In this document: positions 29,349 through 38,156 of the stretch, piece after piece
Layout of the letters: every line of letters begins with the position of its first letter
How positions within the stretch are numbered: the stretch's first letter is position 1
NCBI GenBank assembly: GCA_963736115.1
Contig: CAVTNR010000010.1
Span: forward strand, 1 to 64,000
Source of the DNA: an uncultured bacterium
GTDB lineage: Bacteria; Zhuqueibacterota; QNDG01; DTFT01
Reading direction: 5' to 3'
Length of the DNA: 64,000 nucleotides
Notes under the pieces: generated by a model
Databases searched by the model: none
What the model was told of the DNA's origin: nothing
What the model saw: only the letters and a program-made list of their open reading frames with translations
Made by a program: the position numbers and the translations under genes

Positions 29349-31547
29349 CTAATCCCGGTTCCTTCCTGATCGCTCCAGAACCCGCCTCGATCGGGGCATC
29401 ATTTTATCAGCATGCATGAGCATGCGGGTAAAATAAGTGTATTCCAGAGCCGTCGTATGGGCGCGCTGTTCGATGTTCGCTCCCGCTCCGTGCCCGCCTT
29501 CGACGACCTCGTAATACAGGTAGGGCAGTTTCATGTCCGCCATCTTCGCCGCGAATTTCCGCGCGTGCTGAGGCCCGACCCGGTCGTCCTTGATGGTGGT
29601 CCAGATCAGCGGCATGGGATACCGGACTCCCGGCTTCAGGTTGTGCAGGGGCGAGATGGACGCCAGAAACGCCCGCTCTTCCGGAATGGAGACGCTTCCA
29701 TATTCTCCGACCCACGACGCGCCAGCCGCGATCTGCTCGTACCGCAGCATGTCCAGAAGCGGCACCTGAATGTCCACGGCGTTCCACAGCTCCGGATGCT
29801 GGGTCATCTGAACGCCCATGAGCAATCCGCCGTTCGACCCCCCCATGATGCCCAGCCGGCGCGGCGTCGTGATCCTGCGCTTGATGAGATCCTGCGCGAC
29901 AGCGGAGAAGTCATCGAAGACGATCTGCCGCCGCGTCTTGAGCCCGGCCTCGTGCCACGCCGGTCCGAACTCGCCGCCGCCACGGATGTTCGCGAGCGCA
30001 TACACGCCTCCGCGTTCGAGCCAGAGCCTGCCCGTGTTCTCGTTGTACGACGGCGTGATGGAAACTTCAAATCCCCCGTACGCGTAGAGAATGGTTGGAT
30101 TGTTCCCGTCGTGTTTCATCCCCTTCGGATGAACCACGAAATAGGGAATCTTCGTCCCGTCCGTCGAAATCGCCTCACACTGTTCAACCGCGCAGGAGGA
30201 CGCGTCGAACCGCGGCGGAAGGGACTTGATCTGAATGGCGGTCTCCGTTTCTGCGTCGCCGAGCCACACGCTGCTCGGCGTTAAAAAACCCGTGACGCTG
30301 ATCAGAAACCGGCTGCCTTTCGTTTCGGTGCTCTTGATGGAAGTCGACAGGTTGTCCGGAAGCGGCAGGCGGCCGGCTGTCCATCGGTCATCCGCGGTTC
30401 TGCGGAAGACCAGAATCCGGCCCCGTACGTTTTCATAAATCGCCACAAGCACTCTATCGAGCGTCGTGTACACCCCGGACACCGTTTCCCTGGGGCCCGG
30501 TTCATAAATCAAAACAGGCATGATGGCGTCCGGATTCTTCGCCGAAGCTTCGGCGTCGAAAGACACGAGCGACCCGGAACGGAATGTTCTGCCGCCCGCT
30601 GCCCAGTCCTGAGTCAGGCGGACGATGATCTGTCCGTCGAAAAAATCCTGCACTTCCGATTTTTTCGGTAAGCCGAGCCGCGTCACGCCGTCACGACGGA
30701 CAATGACATACTCGTTTTCGAAAAACGTCAACGATCGCGCGATCATACTGACCCGTCTGTCATGACCGTCCATCATGGTGAACGGAAAGACGCCCATGTC
30801 CTTCGCTTCTCCCCGGAAGATTTCAACGGCGTCATTCAGGGTCCGGCCCCGGGCAAGCCGCTTCACGATGTACGGATATCCGGATTCCGTGACTTCGCCG
30901 GGGTTCCACTCGCGGGAGACCAGAAGGGTGTCCTCTCCGATCCATGCCGCGTTCTGCTTTCCTTTCGGAAGCGAAAATCCGTCCGAAACGAAATCGCGGC
31001 CGTTTAGATCAAATTCCCGGATCGTGGAGGCATCCTCCCCTCCGTCCGACAGGAAGATCAGGCACCGGCGTTCGAATTCGCGTTCACAATCAACGCCCTG
31101 CCAGACCCAGTTCGCCTTTTCCGCGGCGGCCAGTGAATCGAGGTCGAGCACCGTGGTCCAGACTGGGTTTTCCGTCCGATAACTCTCGAGCGACGTTCTG
31201 CGCCACACACCGCGGACATGCGCCGAATCCTGCCAGAAATTGTACAAGGCTCCGCCGATAAAATTGGCGTAGGGAATGCGGTCCTCCGCCTGCGCCATCC
31301 GGAGCGCCTCGCTTCGAATTCCGGGAAACCGGGGGTCTTTTTCAAGAACCGCGATAGTTTTCGCGTTTTCTTCACGGACCCATTCAAGCGCCCGCTCCCC
31401 CTGGACCTCCTCGAGCCAGAGATGGGGATCGGCTGTCGGTTCCGGATCAGTCCGTACGGGAGCCGTTTCAGCAGGATGCGTGGTCTGGCCGAAGAGGCCA
31501 CTACAAACCATCAGCACCAGCATCATCGCAATACGCCATGCTCTCAT
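29349..31547 (-). CDS. Prolyl oligopeptidase (S9A)
   Basis: YAYGGF, NIRGGGEFG..WH, GGSNGGLL, DDRVGP.HARKF, GGHG. Confidence 0.95.
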   Translation of the reverse strand: MRAWRIAMMLVLMVCSGLFGQTTHPAETAPVRTDPEPTADPHLWLEEVQGERALEWVREENAKTIAVLEKDPRFPGIRSEALRMAQAEDRIPYANFIGGALYNFWQDSAHVRGVWRRTSLESYRTENPVWTTVLDLDSLAAAEKANWVWQGVDCEREFERRCLIFLSDGGEDASTIREFDLNGRDFVSDGFSLPKGKQNAAWIGEDTLLVSREWNPGEVTESGYPYIVKRLARGRTLNDAVEIFRGEAKDMGVFPFTMMDGHDRRVSMIARSLTFFENEYVIVRRDGVTRLGLPKKSEVQDFFDGQIIVRLTQDWAAGGRTFRSGSLVSFDAEASAKNPDAIMPVLIYEPGPRETVSGVYTTLDRVLVAIYENVRGRILVFRRTADDRWTAGRLPLPDNLSTSIKSTETKGSRFLISVTGFLTPSSVWLGDAETETAIQIKSLPPRFDASSCAVEQCEAISTDGTKIPYFVVHPKGMKHDGNNPTILYAYGGFEVSITPSYNENTGRLWLERGGVYALANIRGGGEFGPAWHEAGLKTRRQIVFDDFSAVAQDLIKRRITTPRRLGIMGGSNGGLLMGVQMTQHPELWNAVDIQVPLLDMLRYEQIAAGASWVGEYGSVSIPEERAFLASISPLHNLKPGVRYPMPLIWTTIKDDRVGPQHARKFAAKMADMKLPYLYYEVVEGGHGAGANIEQRAHTTALEYTYFTRMLMHADKMMPRSRRVLERSGRNRD

Positions 31548-31568
31548 CTTGTGACCCCCATTTTAGCG

Positions 31569-32933
31569 TCAAAGTCCCGTACCCGCGGTTTCTTTGTCCG
31601 GCTCGCCGGGAGCCTTCCATCCCGGCTCGTTTCCGGATAAAAACCAGGACACGGCCGGTACAAGCCGGATTTTCTCCGGCAGGTTCTTCGGTGTTTCCGT
31701 CGTCAGTGTGATGAGGACAAGCGCCGCCCCGGGGTAGTCATCAGCCGAAGCCAGAAGACCGGCGATCTCCCGCTCCGCCGTCATCGGATTCTCCAGCGTG
31801 GCGCAGACCTGCACCAACTCCCGCCTGCCTCCCGGATAATGGGCGAGGAAATCGACTTCCCCTCCGGAGCGCGTCCGCACATACGACACCTCCGCCCCGC
31901 GCCGGTCCAGTTCGAGGAGCACGCAGGTTTCGAGCGCGTGACCCGTGTTCGCCTTGCCTGAAATATCAAAAACAGAGATAAGCCCCGGATCGATCGGGTA
32001 GGTTTTTCGAAGATTGACCATGCGCCTTCGCTCCGAATCGGTCGCGAGCGGCACGGTCCGGACGAGAAAGGCGTCCTCCAGATATCCGAGAAACGCGTGA
32101 AGCGAATCCTTCGAAACCGCCAAGCCCTGGGAACGCAAGTCGCCGTAGAATTTGTTGATGCTGAAGAAACCAGCCGCGTTGGAAAGGAGGTGCCGCACGA
32201 GCCTGCGAAGCGCCAGGGGATGCGAGACCGCATGGCGCTCGATCACGTCGCGGAGGAGCACGACGTCCACGTAACCGCGCAGGAGCCCATGCCGGTCCCC
32301 GATGGAGGCGGCCATTCCCTCGGGGAAGCCGCCTCCGATCAGGTATTCGAAGAATCGTTTTTCAAGGGCCGATCTTTCCGCTTTACCGACCGCCACTTCG
32401 GATCCGGACGGCTCGTTTCCCGAATGACGCAGGGCCTCCCTGAAACTGAATGGATAAACGGTCGCCTCCATGGCGCGTCCGCGCATGGAAGTCGCGACTT
32501 CGCGGCTGAGCAGTTTCGCGGACGACCCCGAAAGAAAGAGCTCGGCCTTCTCTGAATCCAGTATTCTGCGGGCGAAGGTTTCCCATTTCGGCACATTCTG
32601 GATTTCATCGAAAAGAAAGAGCGTTTTCCGACGGTCTCTGAATTGGGGATTGAGTCTGTAATACTCCTCGAGAATGAGCGAACAATCGGCCGCGGTCATA
32701 CCCGCCAGACGCTCGTCCTCGAAATTGAAATAGAGAAGGGATTCCCTCGCCCAGCCGGCAGCCAGCCGGTCTGACATGACCTGGCGCAGAAAAGTGGTTT
32801 TTCCGGTGCGCCGCATGCCGATGACCGCAATCGCTTTACCGGGGATAGCCGGGAGACGGTTATCCCGACGCGTAAACGTCTCTATTGGAGCGGCGATTGA
32901 ATCGACGATTTTTTGACGGATCAGGTCTAGCAT
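31569..32933 (-). CDS. AAA_14 ATPase with DUF4143 (PD-(D/E)xK-like) domain
   Basis: GMRRTGKT, FLFDEIQ, SGSSAKLL, GGFPE, EVDF..QVC. Confidence 0.9.
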   Translation of the reverse strand: MLDLIRQKIVDSIAAPIETFTRRDNRLPAIPGKAIAVIGMRRTGKTTFLRQVMSDRLAAGWARESLLYFNFEDERLAGMTAADCSLILEEYYRLNPQFRDRRKTLFLFDEIQNVPKWETFARRILDSEKAELFLSGSSAKLLSREVATSMRGRAMEATVYPFSFREALRHSGNEPSGSEVAVGKAERSALEKRFFEYLIGGGFPEGMAASIGDRHGLLRGYVDVVLLRDVIERHAVSHPLALRRLVRHLLSNAAGFFSINKFYGDLRSQGLAVSKDSLHAFLGYLEDAFLVRTVPLATDSERRRMVNLRKTYPIDPGLISVFDISGKANTGHALETCVLLELDRRGAEVSYVRTRSGGEVDFLAHYPGGRRELVQVCATLENPMTAEREIAGLLASADDYPGAALVLITLTTETPKNLPEKIRLVPAVSWFLSGNEPGWKAPGEPDKETAGTGL

Positions 32934-32988
32934 TTGTCCTTCTTTAAAGGACAATTTAATTAATTATTGTCCTTTTTCAAAGGATAAT
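32934..32988. promoter_or_regulatory. Two palindromic operator-like sites upstream of the AAA_14 gene
   Basis: TTGTCCTTCTTTAAAGGACAA and TTGTCCTTTTTCAAAGGATAA. Confidence 0.6.
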
Positions 32989-33034
32989 TTACGGCATTTT
33001 CTGAACGCCTCAGGGCTCAGCACAGATCGAAGGG

Positions 33035-33077
33035 CCTTCAATGATTGAATTATCCACTTGCTTGGTCCCTTTAGAGG
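33035..33077 (+). mobile_element. Variable-core mini-element with degenerate hairpin
   Basis: CCTTCAA-N18-GCTTGGTCCC. Confidence 0.6.
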
Positions 33078-33134
33078 CAAAGCCCTCCACGATTCGGCGC
33101 ACCCAATTCTAAAAAAAACTAATACTTGTGTGAA

Positions 33135-34943
33135 TTAATACTTTTTTCTAAATCCGCCCCGAATGGTCCTTCTTTCGCCTGGAATGCCGTCTGTCGGATA
33201 CTTTTTTTGTTTGCCGGCTGTTCGAACAGCCGGTTTTCCCACAAGGATCTGTTTCTGAACCTCTCTGCGTTCCTGATTTTTCTCGACGAATAAAGGCCGG
33301 CGGGTAAATGGATCCATGCCTGTGTAATACATCAGGGCCGAGAAAGTGGAAGGCAATGGCGTAAACAGCTGCACTTGCTCGGGGGAAATGTTCAGAACCT
33401 GTCCTGCGAATCGTTTCAATTCCCGCATGTCAGTCTCCGTACAGCCCGGATGCGCGGCAATCAGGTAATACGTCAGAAATTGTTTCTTGTGAAACTTCGC
33501 CGTAAGCTTTTCAAACCGCTTTTTAAACTCAACGAGATCTTCCCTGCCCGGTTTTCCCATTTTTTCCAGTACATGCCGTTCTGAATGTTCAGGGGCAATC
33601 TTGAGTTGCCCGGATACATGGTGATTGATGACTTCCTCAAGGTAGTTATTCCCATGGTCGGAATCGGACAGAACCAAATCGGTGCGGATTCCGGAGGCGA
33701 TAAAAACCTTTTTAACCCCAGGAATCCTTCTGATGCGACGGAGCAGTTCAATTTGAGGCTGATGCGTCGGTCTGAGAGTCGGGCACACTTCAGGATATAA
33801 ACAGCGGCGTTTCCGGCAGGAGCCCTTGGTTTTTTTAATGGCACATTCGAATCCATACATGTTGGCGGTGGGGCCGCCTACATCCAGAATGTACCCCTTG
33901 AAGCCGGGCAGGCGCGTGAGTAATTTTGCCTCAGCGATGATAGAATCAGGGCTTCGCCATCGAACGGTTCGCCCCTCATGAACAGTGATGGCGCAGAAAT
34001 TACACTCTCCATAGCATCCCCGGTGCGTGCTGATGGAGAACCGTATCGTCTCAAGCGCCTTGACCCGCCCTTGCTTTTCGTAATAGGGATGCTGGGCGCG
34101 TTGAAAGGGCAGTTTGTACACCGAATCCAGCTGGGCCTGGCTGGGCGTGGCCGGCGGCGGATGATGGACCAGCCATCGATCTCCATGTCTCTGTTTCAGA
34201 CCTTTCGCCGTAACCGGATCGTTGTTATTATAGAAGACATGGAACATTTCAATGAATGCCCGCTTGTCCGCGACTACCGTTTCATATGAAGGCAGTTCCA
34301 GAAAATCTTCAGGAGGTGTTCTGGCGATTTCACAAAGCCCGCGCACATCGTGGACGGGTTCTGATTTTTGAAGCTTCCCTGCCAGCTTCAAGACGGATTG
34401 TTCCGCCAACCCATAGAGCAGAAAGTCGGCTTTTGCGTCGAAGAGGATCGAACGCCGGATGGAATCATCCCAAAAATCATAGTGCGCGACTCTGCGGAGG
34501 GAAGCCTCTATTCCTCCGAGCACAATGGGGCGGGTGTTCTTGAAATAATGCCGGATCAAATTGGTATAAACGATCACGGCCCTGTCCGGCCGGCGGTCGT
34601 TCATACCGCCGGGAGTGAAATCATCGTTCTTCCGTCGTCTCTTGCCGGCGGTATAGTTCGCGACCATGGAGTCGACGCTTCCTCCCGTGACACCCCAGAA
34701 AAGGCGCGGTTCCCCCAGGCGGGAGATATCTTCGGGACCCGCCGTTGACGGTTGAGCGATGATGCCCACGCGGTATCCGTCTTTTTCCAATACACGGGCA
34801 ATAACCGAGGTTCCGATAAAGGGACTGTCGATGTAGCTGTCTCCGCTTACCAGAATCACATCGAGCTGTTCCCATCCGCGTTCACGAAGCTCTTCCGGCG
34901 TTGTGAGGATAAAGTTCGAATTCACTATCTTTCCAACCTCCAC
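33135..34943 (-). CDS. ygiQ: YgiQ family radical SAM protein (UPF0313)
   Basis: SGDSYIDSP, DSMVANYT, RGCYGECNFC, DVGGPTANMY, LKIAPEH, AAHPGC. Confidence 0.93.
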   Translation of the reverse strand: MEVGKIVNSNFILTTPEELRERGWEQLDVILVSGDSYIDSPFIGTSVIARVLEKDGYRVGIIAQPSTAGPEDISRLGEPRLFWGVTGGSVDSMVANYTAGKRRRKNDDFTPGGMNDRRPDRAVIVYTNLIRHYFKNTRPIVLGGIEASLRRVAHYDFWDDSIRRSILFDAKADFLLYGLAEQSVLKLAGKLQKSEPVHDVRGLCEIARTPPEDFLELPSYETVVADKRAFIEMFHVFYNNNDPVTAKGLKQRHGDRWLVHHPPPATPSQAQLDSVYKLPFQRAQHPYYEKQGRVKALETIRFSISTHRGCYGECNFCAITVHEGRTVRWRSPDSIIAEAKLLTRLPGFKGYILDVGGPTANMYGFECAIKKTKGSCRKRRCLYPEVCPTLRPTHQPQIELLRRIRRIPGVKKVFIASGIRTDLVLSDSDHGNNYLEEVINHHVSGQLKIAPEHSERHVLEKMGKPGREDLVEFKKRFEKLTAKFHKKQFLTYYLIAAHPGCTETDMRELKRFAGQVLNISPEQVQLFTPLPSTFSALMYYTGMDPFTRRPLFVEKNQERREVQKQILVGKPAVRTAGKQKKYPTDGIPGERRTIRGGFRKKY

Positions 34944-35129
34944 TTCGATGGTCTTGCCGTCTGTTTTAATCCTTTTCGGTTATTTTTCAGTGATAGAAAT
35001 TTGGATCGCCCCAGGGCACCGCCGCGATTGGAGGACCGGGCCTTCCGTTATCATCCATACCGGCCCGGAGCCGCGGCTCGATCTTAGACTCGACCAGAGG
35101 TCCGTGCCCTCCGGTCCTCGTTCATGCTC

Positions 35130-35951
35130 TCACATGAACGAGGACACCCACTGAACCCAATCGCCCCACACAGTGCCATAATCGGGCGCCTGCCGCATCA
35201 TCGGCGCGAGTTGTTTCTCCCACGCCTGTCGGTTCCATTCTCTGAAAGAATCGGACACAAGACGTTCCGCGTCCGGCCGGATTCCGCGGATCCCGCACTT
35301 GCGATGAAACAGTTCAATCACATCTTCTCCGGAGAGTCTTTCCTTCTTCAAACACAGAACAAACCAAAGATCGTACAAGTCTCTCGGGCGGGGCCACTTT
35401 TCCTGCTGCTGGAGAAGCGCCCGCATTTTCTCCGCAACCATCTCCGGCAGGCCGTAGGCGAAGATTTGAAAAGGAGGTATATCGGGGTAATCCGGTCGGA
35501 CCTCACGCCAAACGGGTTTCGAAAGAATGGGCTCATCGAAGGTCAAATGAAGCCTCACCGCGGGGAGCGCCCTGCGTCTGGTCCCGACCCTCGAATAATG
35601 CAGCGGTATCTCGATCTGTGCCTCACCCTCCGATTTCAGCTCACGCCCGACGGACATTTCCATACCGGAATCATGCCGCACCCTGCGGACAATCTCATCG
35701 AAGCGTTTTTCCAATCCACCGGACTGAGCCTCGCCTGGAGCGCACGAAAAATCGATGTCCTCCGAAAACCGGTATTGTTTGTAATAGCAGTGGCGCATGC
35801 ACGTACCGCCCTTGAACACCCATTTGAGCGGATCCGTCATCACCCCCGTAAAAGCGGATAGAACCCGGAGGATCACGTAGTCCTTCTCAGCCTGGTCGAA
35901 TCGCAACCCCTCCTGTTCCGCGGCCCGGTGCAGATCAGCGGTGGAACTCAT
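35130..35951 (-). CDS. abiEii: AbiEii nucleotidyltransferase toxin (type IV TA)
   Basis: EKDY, FKGGT, RFSEDIDF, AEK, RPRDLYD. Confidence 0.92.
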   Translation of the reverse strand: MSSTADLHRAAEQEGLRFDQAEKDYVILRVLSAFTGVMTDPLKWVFKGGTCMRHCYYKQYRFSEDIDFSCAPGEAQSGGLEKRFDEIVRRVRHDSGMEMSVGRELKSEGEAQIEIPLHYSRVGTRRRALPAVRLHLTFDEPILSKPVWREVRPDYPDIPPFQIFAYGLPEMVAEKMRALLQQQEKWPRPRDLYDLWFVLCLKKERLSGEDVIELFHRKCGIRGIRPDAERLVSDSFREWNRQAWEKQLAPMMRQAPDYGTVWGDWVQWVSSFM

Positions 35952-36736
35952 CCGAAGGCCCTGGAATTGATGAGAAGACCCCAGCGTTTATTGTATCGAC
36001 CGACGGATGGCAAGCCCGGATCGAGGCGGGGATATCCCGCGGCCAATGGCCCCGCCTGTCGGAGCGTTTCGGCATTCCCAAGCTTGTTTGTCTCCATGAG
36101 ATAGCCGAGACGTTTCACGGCGGCGGAATTCGCCATCCTGAAGGCATAGTCAATGAGTCTGACTTCGTCGAGATCCAGCCATGCGCGGACAAGCGCCTCG
36201 GTCACCGTCCCCATCCCGCCCGCATATTCCGGCAGATCAAGACCGTCGATGATTGTTTTCTCCCTGCCCGTGATCATGAATGGGCGATCATCGATCCATT
36301 CCTGATCGATCCCGAAATACCGCGCAGTCCGCAACGCGATGATTCTGAAGGAGAATCCGATGGATTGACGCAGGGGTCTGGAGACGCGATGGTCGGTCGA
36401 GACCGTGACGAGTCGCGACAGCTGTTCGGTGAATCCATGATAATTCATGGCCGACAGATGGGAGATCGCGGCCGGTTTGACCAGTTCCATCGCCACAATG
36501 TATTCATGAATCTGAGGCGTTCGTGCCGAACCGGAAGAAAGGGGAACAACGGCATACAGACCAGGTTTGACGCGTTCGATCCAGCCCTTCTTTCTCAGAC
36601 GGCTCAGAAACTGCCGTGCGAACCGGGCCTGCTGATCCCCGAGCATCTGCTCGGCGTCAGCCAGGTTGAAAATCCCTTTTGGACCAGCCTGGGTGAGAAA
36701 TCGTGTTTCAAGTTTTCCGATGGATTCTTTTATCAT
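35948..36736 (-). CDS. abiEi: AbiEi antitoxin / transcriptional regulator
   Basis: wHTH LSRLRKKGWIERVKPGLY, SAMNYHGFTEQ, EKTIIDGL; overlaps abiEii. Confidence 0.88.
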   Translation of the reverse strand: MIKESIGKLETRFLTQAGPKGIFNLADAEQMLGDQQARFARQFLSRLRKKGWIERVKPGLYAVVPLSSGSARTPQIHEYIVAMELVKPAAISHLSAMNYHGFTEQLSRLVTVSTDHRVSRPLRQSIGFSFRIIALRTARYFGIDQEWIDDRPFMITGREKTIIDGLDLPEYAGGMGTVTEALVRAWLDLDEVRLIDYAFRMANSAAVKRLGYLMETNKLGNAETLRQAGPLAAGYPRLDPGLPSVGRYNKRWGLLINSRAFG

Positions 36737-36751
36737 ACCTTGATCACTATT

Positions 36752-36771
36752 TGTAGTTTGAAAATACTACA
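36752..36771. promoter_or_regulatory. Inverted repeat, probable AbiEi operator
   Basis: TGTAGT-N8-ACTACA, 15 nt upstream of the ATG. Confidence 0.55.
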
Positions 36772-36853
36772 TTCTATGATCAAAATAGCATTTTCAACAC
36801 AAATAATCAAGTTATTTCTCAGAAAAGGGCTGAAAAACGGCTCGCAGCCTGAA

Positions 36854-36912
36854 TCGCCCCAGGGCTCAGCCCTGGGGCGAGACGGCTATCCGGGCTCCGC
36901 GCCGATCCGATG
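36854..36912. repeat. CCCCAGGG palindrome family repeat
   Basis: TCGCCCCAGGGCTCAGCCCTGGGGCGA plus GGGCTCCGC tail. Confidence 0.8.
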
Positions 36913-37266
36913 GCTCAGCTCTCTGTATTTATCCTCACTGGGTCAGAGCCCCGGCTCGATCCGGATGAAATGAACTTAAGCCCAATTGACTTCATCTGCT
37001 TCCCGCAATTAGAATTTCCCTTATTTGCAGTAAACCCGTTTCCTGCAAATATGGCATTTTATAATTGCAGTTGCAAATCAAAATAATCGTGTTTGCTGCC
37101 TTTAGCCCACCATTTAGTATTTTTCCGGTTCTCGCGATCCCGGACCATGTGAACCGAAAGAAAATACCTTTCCTTTTATCCGATTTGGACTTGCATTTCA
37201 ATCGGGAATTGGCTATTATTCCGACCGGTCCTATTATCCCCTTTCACGAAGCCACGGAAGGCAAAA

Positions 37267-37809
37267 ATGAAAAACGACTTCGCGACAAAGGCGGATCTGA
37301 GAAAAACATCCGAGGGACTGCATCAGGAGATATCCGCCGTCAGAACCGATTTGTCCAAGACAGAAAAGGCACTGTGTCAGGAGATCGCCTCGGTCAGAAC
37401 AGATTTATCCAAGACAGAAAAGGCGCTGAGTCAGGAGATCACAGCCGTCAGAACCGATTTGTTCAAGACAGAAAACGCGCTGCGTCAGGAGATCGCCTCG
37501 GTCAGAACAGATTTGTCCAAGACAGAAAAGGCGCTGAGTCAGGAGATTGCCTCGGTTAAAACAGAATTGACTCAGAAGATCGACATAGTGAGTGACGATT
37601 TGAGTGATTTTAAAAAGGAGTTTGTGGAATATAAGCAAGACACGGGCGAACGTTTTAACGGCGTTATGACCGCGATCGACGGCCTGGCCGGGCTCATCTT
37701 AAACGGTCAGATCGAGAGATCATCCGTGAATCATGCCTTAAATCGCCACGAAGGCACTCTGAACGATCACGAGACGCGCATCGTGACGTTGGAGCGGAAG
37801 GGTATGTAA
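37267..37809 (+). CDS. Coiled-coil protein with 18-aa tandem repeats (Bdr/DUF1640-like)
   Basis: FATKADL start; QEIxxVRTDLSKTEKALx four times plus a partial fifth; C-terminal HETRIVTLE. Confidence 0.75.
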   Translation: MKNDFATKADLRKTSEGLHQEISAVRTDLSKTEKALCQEIASVRTDLSKTEKALSQEITAVRTDLFKTENALRQEIASVRTDLSKTEKALSQEIASVKTELTQKIDIVSDDLSDFKKEFVEYKQDTGERFNGVMTAIDGLAGLILNGQIERSSVNHALNRHEGTLNDHETRIVTLERKGM

Positions 37810-37821
37810 AAGAATCCTGGA

Positions 37822-38068
37822 TAGCCCCAGGGTTCCACTCTGGGGCGCATATCGAGGGTTCTGCCCTCTGTTATCGATTCTCGTGCCCACGGTCCCCGTG
37901 GGCACGTTTTATTCCGGCACCCCTGGATCGCCCCAGGGCTCAGCCCTGGGGCGCAATAACTATAGGGGCTCCGCCCCGATCTGACGGATGAAGGAGTTGT
38001 AGTGTTGGCCGAAGGCCCACCATTTAGTATTTTCCAGCCATAACTGGTGGGCCTTCGGCCCACCCTAC
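37822..38068. repeat. REP cluster: CCCCAGGG palindromes, CCCACGG..CCGTGGG hairpin and GTAG REP doublet
   Basis: 37822-37846, 37886-37910, 37926-37997, 37999-38068. Confidence 0.8.
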
Positions 38069-38156
38069 GACTTCTTGAAAACAATATTTCCAGCCACTCT
38101 CAAGAGGCCCGTGGACCTTCGGAGGATAACTGGATATATGACTGATCTTTAGGACG

